64,000 bases of DNA from positions 62,001-126,000 of the forward strand of contig CT868330.1 in the NCBI GenBank assembly GCA_000165425.1, in the 5' to 3' direction. Both the position numbers and the translations under genes were made by a program. Source of the stretch: Paramecium tetraurelia. Taxonomy: Eukaryota. Of the stretch, positions 12,361-26,384 are shown piece by piece (the stretch's first letter is position 1; every line of letters starts with the position of its first letter). The notes under the pieces are model-generated. The model searched no databases and was not told the DNA's origin. It saw only the letters and a list, made by a program, of their open reading frames with translations.

Positions 12361-12628
12361 TTTACATATAAAATTAATAAATAATGTTATTATTTTCTTC
12401 ATATTTGGCAAAAATCTATGATTCATCATATCACCCATATATATAGATACAAATAGATTCACTTATAAGTTGAATGCTAAAAATTCGAAAAATCTCTAGT
12501 AAAATAATTCTAGATGCATGACTTATTTCCTGTTTCAAAATCCAATTTGAATAAAGGACAGAATACTTTAATGTGGTTGCATTTATATTTCATTATTTTA
12601 TATTGAATAAATATATATAATTTTAATT

Positions 12629-13044
12629 ATGTTTTGCTGCTCGAATGCGAAAAAGAAATCATCACAAACTCCATAAAAGAAGTAGAATAATCGTTAGAAT
12701 TCTTCAGTAATAAGTTGTTATATTCTAGGAACAAACTCTCAATATTAATGATGAAGCATTAACTTTTATCACAACCATATAAATCCAACATATTAATACC
12801 ATTCAAACATACAAGATTACTCAAGACATTTAAACTTTTAGGTAAAAATAGTCTTACATTTAGAAGCAGCAGATCTAATAGTAGAGGAACTAAAAATAAT
12901 GACCATGTTGCATAATCGATTCTTGTCAAACCTTTACGTAAATCTCCTTTTCTAACTTTCAACAAAAAAGGCACTGATACTACAACCAAATACTTATCTA
13001 CGAAATAAGGATATACTCTTCTTGTAACTAGGACTCCTCAATGA
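12629..13044 (+). CDS. Small hypothetical protein with N-terminal MFCCS (possible palmitoylation site)
   Basis: Removing two 22-nt introns (12707-12728, 12842-12863) yields 124 codons ending in TGA. Confidence 0.7.
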
Positions 13045-13110
13045 AATGTTATCATAATTTTCCTCTATTAGATTTTATATATATATTCACGGAAGGTAAT
13101 ATATAATAAT

Positions 13111-13456
13111 TCAATCAAACATACTGATTAATTCATTATGAATTAGCCATTTCAACTCGTCTCTTGATTTTTAAGTTAATTGATTGTCATTAGAAAATCT
13201 TTCAATAATTTTTTAAAAGTCCTCACTTTTACTCAAATCAATGGAGAACTTTTTTCCAATGTTCAATAACTTTTAACTCTGAATAAATTGCAATATTTTG
13301 AACTTCGAAAATACCAACCTATACTCCTTTTCGTTGTCTTCAATGTCAATTTGAATCTAACTTAAATATATTGTAAATATACCCATTTTTCAATTCCTTT
13401 TTCTTAACCCAGAATGAATTCTGGTTTCTGGTTTATACAAACGACTACTCGTTCAT
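13111..13456 (-). CDS. Hypothetical protein (107 aa), or the 3' half of the upstream gene
   Basis: MNEQSFVQTRNQNSFWVKKKELKNG/QIQIDIEDNEKEY...SMFD* with a 22-nt intron. Confidence 0.5.
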
Positions 13457-13490
13457 TAAGTTTTAGAGGAAATAAATGTTTTCTATATTT

Positions 13491-14033
13491 TCATTCTTTT
13501 TATTCAACCAAATTGGATTCCAGAGTTTTCAAATAAAATTATAGATGTTTAATGCAAATCTAATACACCTTTTGTAGGTTTTATTGAGATAAATTCAATT
13601 ATATTAATGATTACTTGATTGTCAATTCACTTGAATAATTATAAATTGGAACGATGAAGTTTTGTTCTTTGTAACTCAAACTTAAATGTATTAAGGGCTA
13701 CTGATTAAATGTAAAATTGGCTTATTGTAGCAATTGAGTATTGGTTTGCTCGGTTAAGCTTTCTTAATCTTAAGAAACAATGTTATTTGCATCTAATTCT
13801 TAATTCTTTTATGATTCTAGTTCATCTTCATCATTTTAACAATTTTCTTAATTGGAATTCTCTTCCACACTCTACTCTGTTTTGATTTTGTCATCTAAGT
13901 TATTTGCAATCTTCTATTGATTCTAGAGGGTTTTGTTTTGTCTCAATATTTTCTTGGTCTTTGGCCTCTACTCTTTCTGGTTTAATGATTCATCAAAGGT
14001 GGTGCAGGCTACATATTTTAGCAGACTTTTCAT
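13491..14033 (-). CDS. Hypothetical protein (180 aa)
   Basis: Code-6 ORF MKSLLKYVACTTFDESLN...VEQKE*. Confidence 0.65.
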
Positions 14034-14093
14034 GGGATGGAAACTTTGATTATTTCAATAATTATTACGTTAATATATTATTTATCAAAAACT

Positions 14094-15200
14094 ATGGATA
14101 AATATTAAATTGGAAAGGTATTAGGAGATGGAACCTTTGGGTCAGTCTATAAAGCAGTAGATGAAACAACTGGTTAAATTGTTGCTATCAAGAAAATGAA
14201 ACACAAATATAACAAATGGGATGAATGTATTAGTCTTCCGGAAATCAAATCACTTTTGAAATTGCACCATCCAAACATCGTGAAACTGTACGAGATTATT
14301 AAGCAAAATGACGAATTGCATTTTGTATTCGAATTCATGGAACGCAATGTCTACCATCTAATGAAAGATAGATAAAAGCCATTTAATGAGATTCACATTC
14401 GAAACATCATATATCAGACTCTACAGGGGTTGGCATACATGTAAATCTCAAATAGAATAATAGGCATAAAATCGGTTACTTCCACAGAGATTTAAAGCCA
14501 GAAAATTTGTTAGAATCAAATGGCACCATTAAAATAGCAGATTTTGGATTAGCAAGAGACATCAGGTCTTCTCCTCCTTTCACAGATTACGTTTCCACCA
14601 GGTGGTACAGAGCTCCCGAAGTAATTTTGCGATCGAATGAATACAACTCTCCCATTGACATCTTTGCAATAGGTTGCATCATGGCTGAGTTATACAGATT
14701 ATGGCCTCTCTTCCCTGGCACTTGTGATACTGATTAATTGCAGAAGATCTGCGAAATCATGGGCACGCCTTCAGAATAGGATTAGCCAGATGGTATCAAG
14801 ATTGTTTATCTAACCATTAGGTTATAAATTAGCAGCCAAAATACAACACAGATTTCCAAAGAACATTTAGCCTAAGCCTTTGTCATAGGTTATTACTTAG
14901 GCGAGTGATGATGCCCTTGATTTAATCTCTTAAATGCTTCGCTATAATCCTCTCAAAAGACCCAATGCTAGTTAGGCCTTAGCTCATCGTTATTTTATTG
15001 TTGCACTTCCTATTCTTCCCTCATTAGATAATATTGAGCAATAGCAGGATTAGGATTATACTAACTTTTAATAGGATGAGCAATAACAAGATCAACGATT
15101 TGGACCTCAGAATTAATAAAATATCTCTTTGTTTTATATGAAAAATGCTAGATACAAACCCGGATATACATGTATATTAGAGAATGCTGAAGATAATTGA
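14094..15200 (+). CDS. MAK/ICK (RCK family) Ser/Thr kinase
   Basis: [50 protein letters not shown] (TDY activation loop). Two introns. Confidence 0.95.
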
Positions 15201-15956
15201 TTAATGATAGATATACATATATATATTTGTGATAATCCCACTATTCAAAAACAAAAATGCTTCTTAAAACTATCATTATAGAAATTAATTATATTTAATG
15301 ATGATTTTTCAGATTATATTATTGATCTAAATATTAAGCACTTTGATTTGAATTTAAACTTAATTTTTTAAAATTTCTTAAAAGTCAATATAAAAATAAT
15401 GAAAGTTTGAAAATATTTGAATATTTATTTTAAAAATAATTAAACATTCATATTATTTGAATAGAGATCGTTAAATTGAATATTTTTAAATAAAATTACA
15501 TCTCTTTTTTAAAATCTATCATCCTTGAATGATCAATTCGTTTAGTAATCAAATTCTAATATATTTGATTGGTTAGATAGTAGATTAGTCTAAACTATAT
15601 GAATATTTAAGTAATATATAGGGAAAGAAAGAAGATGGGAATTTCAACAGATAGATATATTTAAATAAATAATAAATAATCTATTATATTATTTACGTGT
15701 AATTAAGATTATAGTCTAACTCTAATGTTAGTTTATAATTAGTTCTCCAACTAATGAAGATGCAAACAATAATTTTAAAGCATTATTCCTTATACTATTC
15801 AAATACACAGAATAATGCAATAAAGCTTCAGAAATAATATATATCACTTGTACTGCCATTAAATTCTTAAGGAATAAATGATCTTTCGATTAATCTACAA
15901 TAATAGTAGTTATATAAGATAAAAACATATAGAAATTTATATTTGATACCATAGAC

Positions 15957-18699
15957 TCATTTCAATATTTTTCTTAACACATATTATAGGATTCCTCCAT
16001 GCTTATAATACTCTAACTCTACATCAGTATCTAATCTCAAGAGAGTGTTAAAATTGAAAGTAGTGTCATCTGATTTCTTGACAACAACCTCGACAATTTG
16101 ATTAACCTAGAATAGACTAATAAAATACTTTAATGTTGTCCTTATTGACATTCAAGGTGAAGAGTTCGTGTCCTGTCAATCCCAAAGATTCAGGAGTTTG
16201 TCCATTTGTGAATTCAAGAGGTAATACTCCCATTCCAGCAAGATTGCTTCTGTGGATTCTTTCATAAGAAATAGCAATGACAGCCTTGACTCCTTGAAGA
16301 TAGGGTCCTTTGGCTGCCCAATCTCTGGATGAACCAGATCCATACTCAGCACCTCCAATAACAATAGTTTATTGATTTGAATGTAGATACTTTTCAGCTG
16401 CATCATATATAGCCACAACTTCTCCTGTAGGCACATAAATAGTATTTGGACACTCCTTTCCTTGCAACATTTTGTTCTTGATTCTAACATTAGCAAATGT
16501 TCCTCTGACCATAATTTCATCATTTCCTCTTCTTGCACCATATGTATTGAAGTCCTTCTAAGCAACTCCTCTTTCTTTAAAGATATCTACCAGCAGGACT
16601 GTTTTGCAGAAATATTACCAGCTGGACTGAATGTGATCAGTTGTAATGGAATCTCCAAAAACTGCTAAACAATAAGCATTAGTAACTGGATTAATGACTG
16701 GCAATTCTAAACTTAATCCTTGGAAGTATGGTGGATGATGAATATAAGTCGATTATTGATCCCATTAATAAAGTTAATCCTTTGGTACTTATAATTCATT
16801 CCAATTTTTGGTTCCTTATTTGATTTATTAATAAGTTTGAATGAACATTTATGGTTAAACAACTTAGTCTTCCAATTATTTGATTTCATCTCTAGTTGGC
16901 CAAATGTCTTTCAAAAATACACTTTAACCATTCACAACTCCAATGGGTTCACTCTCAAAGTCAATATCCATTCTTCCTGCCAAGGCAAATGCAACAACCA
17001 AAGGAGGAGATGCCAAATAGTTAGCTCTTGTGATTGGATGTACTCTTCCTTCAAAGTTTCTGTTTCCTGACAGAACTGCAGCTACAACCAAATCATTATT
17101 TGAAACAGTTTCACTCACAGCTTGATCGATTGGTCCACTGTTACCAATACAAGTCATACAACCATATCCTGTATTATGGAAACCCAATTAATCCAAAAAC
17201 ACATCCAATCCTGCTGCCTTATAATATTATGTAACACATTAAGATCCAGGACTTAAGGATGTCTTAATGTATGGTCTTATTGCTAATCCTGCTTAGACAG
17301 CCTTCTTAGCCACTAAACCAGCAGCCAACATGACTCCTGGATTTGAAGTGTTTGTGCATGATGTGATAGCAGCTATAACAACAGATCCGTGATTCAAACT
17401 ATATTTCTATCCTTGATATTAAAACTCAACATCTTAAGCAGCTTTAACATTGAATCCCTTAAAGGAAACTGGAGCTGTTAAACCTTAGGTAAATTCTTAT
17501 TTCAATTAACTTAGATTAACTCTATCTTATGGTCTCTTTGGTCCAGCCACACAGGGTTGGATAGTTGATAAATCTAATTCTAAAGTGTCACTAAAAGTTG
17601 TTTGACTTTCCTCATAAAATAGATGGGCTGCCTTCAAATATTAGGTGATTAAACTGCATTTCTCTTCACTTCTTCCTGTTTATTTCAAGTAATCGATAGT
17701 TTTGTTGTCAACTGGGAAGAATCCCATAGTGGCTCCATACTCTGGGGCCATATTTGAAACAGTTGCTCTATCAGCCAAAGACAAAGTGGATACTCCTGGA
17801 CCATAAAACTCAACGAATTTTCCCACAACTTTATTATATATTAATTTGATATACCTTTTTTCTTTCTCAGCATCTCTGTGCATGTCAATACTAAATCTGT
17901 TGCTGAAATATGAGCACTCAATTATCCTGTCAATTTAAATCCTACTACTTATGGAAGTACCATGCTCGTGCATTCACCTAACATGTTTGCTTCTGCTTCA
18001 ATTCCACCTACTCCCCAACCTAAGACTCCCAATCCATTAATCATAGTTGTATGAGAGTCTGTTCCTACTACTGAGTCTGGATACAAGAGGCTGTCCTTCT
18101 CAAACACTACTCTTGCTAAGTATTCTAAATTCACTTAATGCACTATTCCACTTCCTGGTGGTACTATTTCAAAATTCTTGAAAGCTGAACTTCCCCATTT
18201 TAAGAATCTAAATCTCTCTAGATTTCTCTCAAATTCTGTCTATTCATTCTATTCCCTAGCATTTTAATTTCCATGAAAATCAACTTGTACAGAATGATCA
18301 ATCACTAGATCGACTGGACATAGAGGATTAATTAATTATGGATCTTTACCCATGGCTTGAGCCTGTGATCTCATGGCTGCCAAGTCAACAACTAAGGGAA
18401 CCCCTAAAGGATGTATATAAATTATCATCCATACCTGTAAAGTCTTATAATATCACTCTTGCAGGTTTGAAGGCTACTTCTGTGTCTTTTTTGGATGTTT
18501 CTTCCCAATTCAATATTCTTTCGACATCTTCCTTTTTCACATTGAATCCATCACAATTCCTGACTGCTTACTCCAACAATATTCTTATTGAGTATGGCAA
18601 TCTTGTTACTTTATCTCCGAATAGTTCAACCAGATTGTAAAATTTGAATGTTTGTCCTTCTATTTTGAGTTCAGATGTAGGATATGGATTATTTTGCAT
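15957..18699 (-). CDS. ACO1: Aconitate hydratase, cytosolic/IRP1 (AcnA-type)
   Basis: [76 protein letters not shown]. No obvious mitochondrial presequence. Confidence 0.96.
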
Positions 18700-18899
18700 T
18701 AATATTATTTAAGATTATCAATTAAAATAACTATATTTATATAAAGATTCGTCATTTCTTTTTATAAATTTATAATGTTCATATAAGTTATTCAACGCAT
18801 TTTGTAATTATCAATAAACATTCCCTCAATTCATATAATTGTTAAATTAGTTAATATTATATCAATATGTCAATCATTATTCTAGGAGGAGATTTGTTT

Positions 18900-20155
18900 T
18901 CAAACTTTAATCAGCAATTATCCAAACGTAATGTTTTTCTTGTGTTTCTTCCCTTTCACATTAATGATGTTTCTCGAAAGTGTCTTTTTGGCAATACTAT
19001 TTTTTGTGGATTATGTAGACGGAGAGATATTGGAAATGGGCATCAGATTTCTGAATGAAAATGGACAGACTGGTTTGAGATCCAAGGGAAGCAGCTTATG
19101 AAGGGGTCTTTTTCTTTTTTCATCTAAGAGTTTGAGGGATGGCAATGGGGAAAACCCATTATTGCAATTACTGATGGGGGATAAATTAGCCGTGATAGCT
19201 CTCTAACTATACTCTATAAAGAAGTGATTTAAATTTGATTACCAGTCGTCAAAATTTCCTTGATTCTGCTCTCTCCCAATTATTACTTGTCTATCAGGCT
19301 TTGGAGACTGCGTCTATTGAATTTTAAAATGTTTTTATAAGCTGATTTTTAATTATTGTTCGTCATCTGTTTTAAGTTACCAAGATTGTCATCATTACTG
19401 GAATCATCCTCTTCGTCCTCTTCCTAATGCAACGTAGGTAGTTTTATTTGTTGATCTTTTCCTTGATCTTCCGCATTTTTATCGTCATCTTCAAATTTAT
19501 ACAATCTTAAGTTAACTTCAAAATCGTCCTGAGAACCCTATTGCTTAATGACTTTTGCTCTTCCATCTTCAATCATCTCCAATCTCATAATTGTTTAACA
19601 ATCAAAGGGAGCGGTAATTGGTAAGTAGAAAGTTTTTAATCTTTGTGAAAAGGTTTATAATTTAGTAGTCCTTTTATCTAGGTAAAGTTTCCGAGGTGAA
19701 AGTGAATTGTACCTGTGCAATTGTATAGAGTGTCTTGAATTTTCTTTGGAGGGGTTTTAACTAGATTCATTAGAACATATATTAGGTTGAATGGGCATAC
19801 TTGCTTAGTGATTGTAAAATACAGTATTGTGGTGTCTATTGGTTCTTTTTTTTGGTTGTTGGTCTTGTTTTTACATGATTTCATTGAGGGTCTTTTTTTA
19901 TTACAAATGTCTTTTATTTCTCATTTTGATTTGTTTCCGTTGTTGCAATTTGAGATTCTGATCTTTTAGTTTTGAGATGATATGCTAGTAAGGTTGAAAA
20001 GTGGGGAGGATAGTAGAGACATAGAGCATTTTTTTGTTAGCGTATCCACATTCCTGAGATTCACATGATCTGGTTTTATTTAAGGTGAGTGCATTATTGA
20101 ATAAGTGTGAATAAGTTGAGTTCTTGAAGGAGCAAGCTTGGAGTCGATTACGCAT
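18900..20155 (-). CDS. Hypothetical basic/low-complexity protein (408 aa)
   Basis: MRNRLQACSFKN...KKNITFGQLLIKV*. The 29-nt intron 19214-19242 restores the frame. Confidence 0.7.
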
Positions 20156-20291
20156 ATTAATAATTAATAAATTATAATAGAGAGCTATTGGAATATATAT
20201 TTATATTTGTATTTGATTATATATACAAAGTTACTCTAATTATGAGTAATTGTGGGGTGATGATTAAATTTTAAAAATATTTATTTAAAAT

Positions 20292-22005
20292 ATGAGTTTA
20301 GCATTCGATGACTATGGCAGACCATACATTATTTTAAGGGATCAAGGCCAAAAGAAGAGAATGAAGGGTTTGGAAGCATATAAAAGCAATATTTTGGCTG
20401 CCAAAGCTGTTGCAAATACACTTTAATCCTCTCTCGGTCCAAAGGGCATGGATAAGATGTTGGTGTCTCCAGACGGTGACGTATCAGTGACAAATGATGG
20501 AGCAACAATTGTCGAGAAGATGGTATCGAAACATTGTAATATGAATTATAGGAAATATAGCATCCAACCGCAAAATTATTAGTGGAATTGTCATAATCAT
20601 AAGATGCTGAAATAGGAGATGGTACCACAGGAGTAGTAGTTTTGGCTGGAAAATTGTTGGAGCAAGCACTCACTTTGTTGGACAAAGGAATCCATCCATT
20701 GAAAATTAGTGATGGATTCGACAGAGCATGTGATGTTGCAATAAGTACAAATTCCATATCCTAAAAGTCTAGAACATTTGGAAACCATATCTGAAGAAAT
20801 CGATATCCAAGCTAATGAACATGAGGCTTTGATCTAAGCAGCATGTACAGCCCTTGGATCAAAGGTTGTGTCTAAAAGAAAGAGAGAACTCGGAAAGATT
20901 GCTGTCACTGCTGTTTTGGATGTGGCTGACCTAGCCAGAAAAGATGTGAATTTGGATTTGATTAAAATTCAAACCAAAACTGGAGGAAGTGTAGAAGACA
21001 CCAGATTGATATCAGGAATTCTCATTGACAAAGACATGAGTCATCCACAAATGCCAAAGGAGGTTAAGGAAGCCAAAATCTGTTTATTAACATGTCCATT
21101 CGAACCACCCAAACCCAAAACCAAGCACAACATTAACATCTCCAGTGCAGAAGATTACAAGAAATTATATTAATAGGAATAACAATACTTTGTTGATATG
21201 GTCAAGTTAGTCAAAGATAGTGGTGCCAACATAGCCTTATGTTAATGGGGTTTTGATGATGAAGCCAATCACTTATTGTTATAAAATGAACTCCCTGCTG
21301 TTAGATGGGTATCAGGAACTGATGTTGAACTCATTGCTATGGCTACTGGAGCTAGAATCATTCCCAGATTTTAAGAAATCACACCTGAAAAATTAGGAAA
21401 AGCTGGCTCAGTCAAAGAAGTACAATTCGGAACTTCCAACGAAAGAATGTTAGTCATCGAGAATTGTCAATGCACCAAGGCTGTCACTATTCTTATTAGA
21501 GGAGGAAGTCAAATGATAGTTGATGAAGCCAAAAGGTCTATCCATGATGCAATCTGTGTCATCAGAAACTTAATCAAAGATAATAGAATCGTCTACGGAG
21601 GAGGTTCTGCTGAATTAGCTTGTTCTATCTAAGTACTCTAATATGCTGATGAGGTACATCATTTTATAATAGTTTAGGTCTCATCAGTTGAATAATATGC
21701 CATCAGATCATTCGCAGATGCCTTAGAGGGTATTCCTTGTTGCTTAGCAGATAATTGTGGTCTTAATCCTATTACATCTGTTGCTCAAGCCAAGGCTAGA
21801 CAATTACAAGAGAGCAATCCAAGAATCGGAATTGATTGCATGGAATTAGTAATTATCATTTATAATATAAAAGGGTACAACTGATATGAAAGAATAGAGA
21901 ATTTATGAAACCTTGAGCTCAAAGAAACAATAAATCTAATTGGCCACCTAAGTCGTCAAGATGATATTGAAAATAGATGATGTTATTGCACCAGATGATT
22001 ATTGA
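20292..22005 (+). CDS. CCT5: T-complex protein 1 subunit epsilon
   Basis: [74 protein letters not shown]. Confidence 0.97.
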
Positions 22006-22067
22006 GTATTAAATGATATTATGTTCAAAAATTATGTTAAATATTTGTTCTTATTTATCTTATATTT

Positions 22068-22635
22068 TCAAAGGGCTTTAAAAATTATGGCCACACTAAT
22101 GTCTTTGGCTTCAACTTTGGTTTAGGATGGAACAATTGGATTGTTGATGTAATAGGCAACATTTGATTTGTCAGAATCATCAAATCCAATTAACATACCA
22201 TAATTTTTTCCATAATTTAAATTCAATACAACGTAGTGGTTGGAATTGAAATAATCTACATTTAACTTCAATTATACCTTAGGCCTACTTTAAGTCGGAG
22301 ACTGTTTTCACAAAAACTACACCTATATTGCTCAAAGCTGAAAAGTTAATTTCATCTCCTTATTTATACCCATTATTATTCATCAAGTATGTATTCAAAA
22401 TTGCTGGGTTTACAGGTCTACTATTAATTGGCTTACTGCTTGTTTGTAAAATCATGGCAAGACAACTTAATAAACTACCATTTGAGCAAATGGTCTTTGA
22501 AGAATTATTGTTTATTTATTCTTTACCCCATTTCATATCACAATTCTAATATGCTGTTATACTTCTTAATTTGTATCCCCATCCGTATGTTGAAAGTAAA
22601 ATTAATATCAATACTGTATATTTAAATGAACCCAT
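22068..22635 (-). CDS. Secreted peptidase-C39-like fold protein, apparently non-catalytic (181 aa)
   Basis: Signal peptide; YQNCDMKWG...TICSNGSLLSCLAMIL...VNPAILNTYLMNNNGY...VVLNLNYGKNYGML...YYINNP. One 22-nt intron. Confidence 0.65.
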
Positions 22636-22660
22636 CTTTAAAATTAAAAATAATAATATA

Positions 22661-22909
22661 ATGAATTGCTTAAAAAATCTTTATAAATGTCAGTAAATCT
22701 CATTTGTTCCATTCCTTCCAGCACAATATTCATAGAGACCATCCAATAACAAAATAGTTCTTACAATGATCAGTACAAATACCCTCTTCTAAACCAATTC
22801 TTAATTCCTCATCACTCATAAGGAACTATCAAAAGACATGATACTCAATTATTCAGATTAATTTTACATACAATTAAAGACTACATTAAAATTTAATCGT
22901 CATAATTGA
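22661..22909 (+). CDS. Small hypothetical protein (82 aa)
   Basis: ATG-to-TGA code-6 ORF of 83 codons with no recognisable motif. Confidence 0.35.
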
Positions 22910-23029
22910 ATTATAGATGTATCCCTATGTAATTATCAAACTCCGTTTTTAAAAACTTCACATAAAGATTATAAATGTACAAATTATAATTTCTTTAGAA
23001 TTTTATTTTCTAGAAAATTATTTTAATCA

Positions 23030-24315
23030 ACATGCCTTCTATGATTCAATACATAGTTAAATTTCATTATAGACAAACTAAATGGCTGGGAACAATCCTT
23101 GTTTTGATTTATTTCTTCATTAATACTTAACAGAAAAAATTCAACCAACGTGTTTATGCCTTTCAAATAAATTTCAGATATTTTATGATTTTATATGATT
23201 GAAATATCTGATAATCTGTTGATGAATAGTATTTATCTGAGTGAAAATTTAAACACTGAAGAAATATCAGGTAAATATATCTTATTATTTAAAATAGCTG
23301 CATAATACATCGAAAAAATAAGAAGAACATGTATATCTCATTTAATAATCATTTTTATAAAATTGTCTAAATTATTATAGTCATTAAATCTTGCTTAAAA
23401 AACTCCAAATTGAATGTATTTTGAAACTCCTTGATAGTTAATTTTTATTTGAAGTATATGTTATCAAATCTATTGCAAATTAATTTTAAATAATTTTATA
23501 TTTAGTAACTAAAAGTATATGTTATTTTTAGACCAAAGCTATAAGCCATTTTTTATAGTAACTCTCTCATATGGAAACCTTCGTTCTTAAGTATGATCAC
23601 ACAAGTGTTTATTTATCAGTTAGTAAGTAATATTATCTGATTTTGAAATTTTATAATTTTAATATTTTTTTTAATTAGCAAACATTAAAGATATTAATTC
23701 TAATAATTCTATTAAATGAAAAAATATGTTCTGTTGAATGATAAAATGGTAGAGGAGATAGCATAAAATCTGAACTATAAAGTTTTAGTAAAATTAATTC
23801 ATCTAACAACTCCATATAATACTACGGTTTTCAAAGATTATGAATATCCTTCTGGACATCTCTATGCTATTTTAGTATATTTAACTGGAGAATAAAGATA
23901 GTATTATTATTAAGGATTGCTAAAACTCGAGAATCTATTCTAAAATTCTTAAAGCCTATTATATGTTTATTGGTCACAATATTGTCAAATAACTATCTAC
24001 CAAAACAAAAATATTGACACTTCTATACTTCATTTAGTTCATCTTGGTATCTTAGGTTAATACTTAGATAATTTTGACGAACTTAACTAATATTATAATT
24101 ATTTGCATGTTAAATCCATTAATGAATAATTACATACATTTACAGTCTATGAAGGAAGTGGAGCGAAAATAAGGATAATACTAGATTTGAAATGTGTCTT
24201 AAAGCTGTTTTGAAAAAAAGAATATGAAAAAATTAGAACTTGGTATAAGCTATTTCAAGACAAATAGAATTGTATTGAATTTGTAAAATACTTAAAAAGT
24301 ACTTTAGGAAAATGA
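23030..24315 (+). pseudogene. Degenerate coding-like region, unidentified
   Basis: Coding-like patches and intron-like segments with no continuous frame. The terminal frame has an internal TGA at 24211-24213 before the TGA at 24313-24315. Confidence 0.3.
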
Positions 24316-24694
24316 ATTGGATTTATATACAATTTAATATGAATAATTTTATTTATATTTGTCAGTTGCATAATTGATGTAATATATTAATATGAGTTAT
24401 TATTAAGGCTATCTTATATGTGTTCAATAGATAGATTTCATATTTTCTTAATGGATAACTTGAAAATTTCTCATAGAACATTTAAATTTTTAATAAAGAA
24501 TAAATTATTTGGCCTTAAAATTTCTAAATTTATAAGAGTAATTCAAAGAATTTAAGTGCTTCAACAAATTAGGATGATTAACTTGAAAATGTTGAAATTT
24601 CAATAGATTTAGTTATGAATAATGAAAAATGAACTTAAAAAATGATTTATGTATTATTTTATTTTAATATAAATAAAGAGAATTAAAGTTAAAA

Positions 24695-25132
24695 TCAGTC
24701 CAAATATTCACACATCACTTCTTGCAATGCCTACTTAATTTTAGATTTTATAAAACCAACATCAACATTTTTAATGTTTGAAGACTTCGATCTCACTTTT
24801 TCAACAGTTTAATTTTAAGGGATTTATTAAGTCTATCTTAATTAGGATTTGCTTAATTGTTATTGTGATTTTAACTTTTCCTTTTGAGATAACACAATTT
24901 ATTAGATTTTTTCTAGTTAATTACTTAAAAGCCCCACTTTTCTAGTCGTATTAATGAATTATTTTCTTTCCGTCTTTAATTGCTCCTCTAATTAAAATAC
25001 TTAATTTCTATTATTTAGACGATGCGAGATTTGCTACATCAATTCGTTGTTTTGTTTCATTAAGAATCTGATATCATTTATGTCTGTCTTCATTTTAGTG
25101 TTTTTTTAATCAGATTATTATTTTTACTTCAT
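24695..25132 (-). CDS. Hypothetical coiled-coil protein (145 aa)
   Basis: Intronless 146-codon ORF MKQKQQSDQKNTKMKTDINDIRF...CEYLD*. Confidence 0.7.
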
Positions 25133-25179
25133 ATACAAATAAAATAAATAATTATATATATATTTATATGAATGTTATT

Positions 25180-26350
25180 TCATTATTATTGATGCTATTA
25201 TAATTAAGTTTAAGCTTCTTATTGCAATTCATCGTGATCATTGTAGCTGGATTCTTGTTGGACTCCCCCTTGTTATTCTTAATCATCTTCTCTGATATTA
25301 ACACTATTGTTTTGTGGGTTAGAACGCATGGTCTATCCCATAACTTATTATTATTATTAGTGTTGAACAATTTTATCAGTTTTCTTTTTATTATTCTATT
25401 TGTAAGTGGCTTCAACCTCCACTAGTTTTCTTTTATTTTGATTTCTGCTTTGCAATTCCTTCTATTATCTCTTGTTGCTATCCTTCGCTCTTTATTAGTT
25501 AATTTATTCTTAAGCATTCCCTAAGACATTCTTTAAATTTCCTATCTAAAATTGTCTAATTCATTATTACTAATTAATGATCTGGTGGTAGGTGAAGCTC
25601 ACCAAATTTGACAGCTTTTTAATATGTTTAAATAGCCTCATCAAATCTCTTTAAATATTCAAATTCTACGCCCAAATTATGATAGGCGATGGCTAAGACA
25701 GCCACTCGATCCTTCATCTTTTGTTCTCCTGACTTTTAATCCTAATTCTGGCTTTGTTCCATTTTCTAATCTGGTGGTTTCATTAAAAATTCATCTTATA
25801 GTAATACTACTGATATCAAAGCGTGTTCCAATGCTTCAGCGTGCTATTATATAACATTCCTTACTCTATTCAATTGTGACAACACAGCACACATATTTAA
25901 ATGGGTATCAGCCAAAGAAGGTGCTGTTTCTTATCGAATTTCTATTTCCAAAGCTTATTACAAATATTACAGAGCACTTCTTAATTTCCCATTTCTCCTG
26001 TAGAAACAAGCCAAGTTATTGTAAGTAATGGCTCTAATAAAAAAAGAATTAATAATGAGACATCAATACTTATATCTAGTGCTGGATTAGGCCAACATGT
26101 CTGCCTTCTTTAAGAATTCTAATGAAGCATCAAATTTTTCCTTTTACAAGAAAATCATAGCGATTAAGTTACATAATTCGCACAATTTATCACTAGTTTT
26201 GAAATATTCTTCAGAATCCTCACCATAAGCCGACTTTTTTATCATGAGCATTTCCTCAAAAACATTCAATGCCTCCAAATATTTATTTTATTGTTAGAAT
26301 TGTTGAGCTTGTTAGTCTAATTGTAAAAGTCGTTCCCTAATGCTATCCAT
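25180..26350 (-). CDS. Tetratricopeptide-repeat protein (362 aa)
   Basis: AITYNNLACFYRRNGKLRSALQYLQQALEIE and AIAYHNLGVEFEYLKRFDEAIQTYQKA. Introns of 36, 21 and 25 nt. Confidence 0.88.
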
Positions 26351-26384
26351 ATTATAATAAAAATTATATAAATAAATAATTCAA

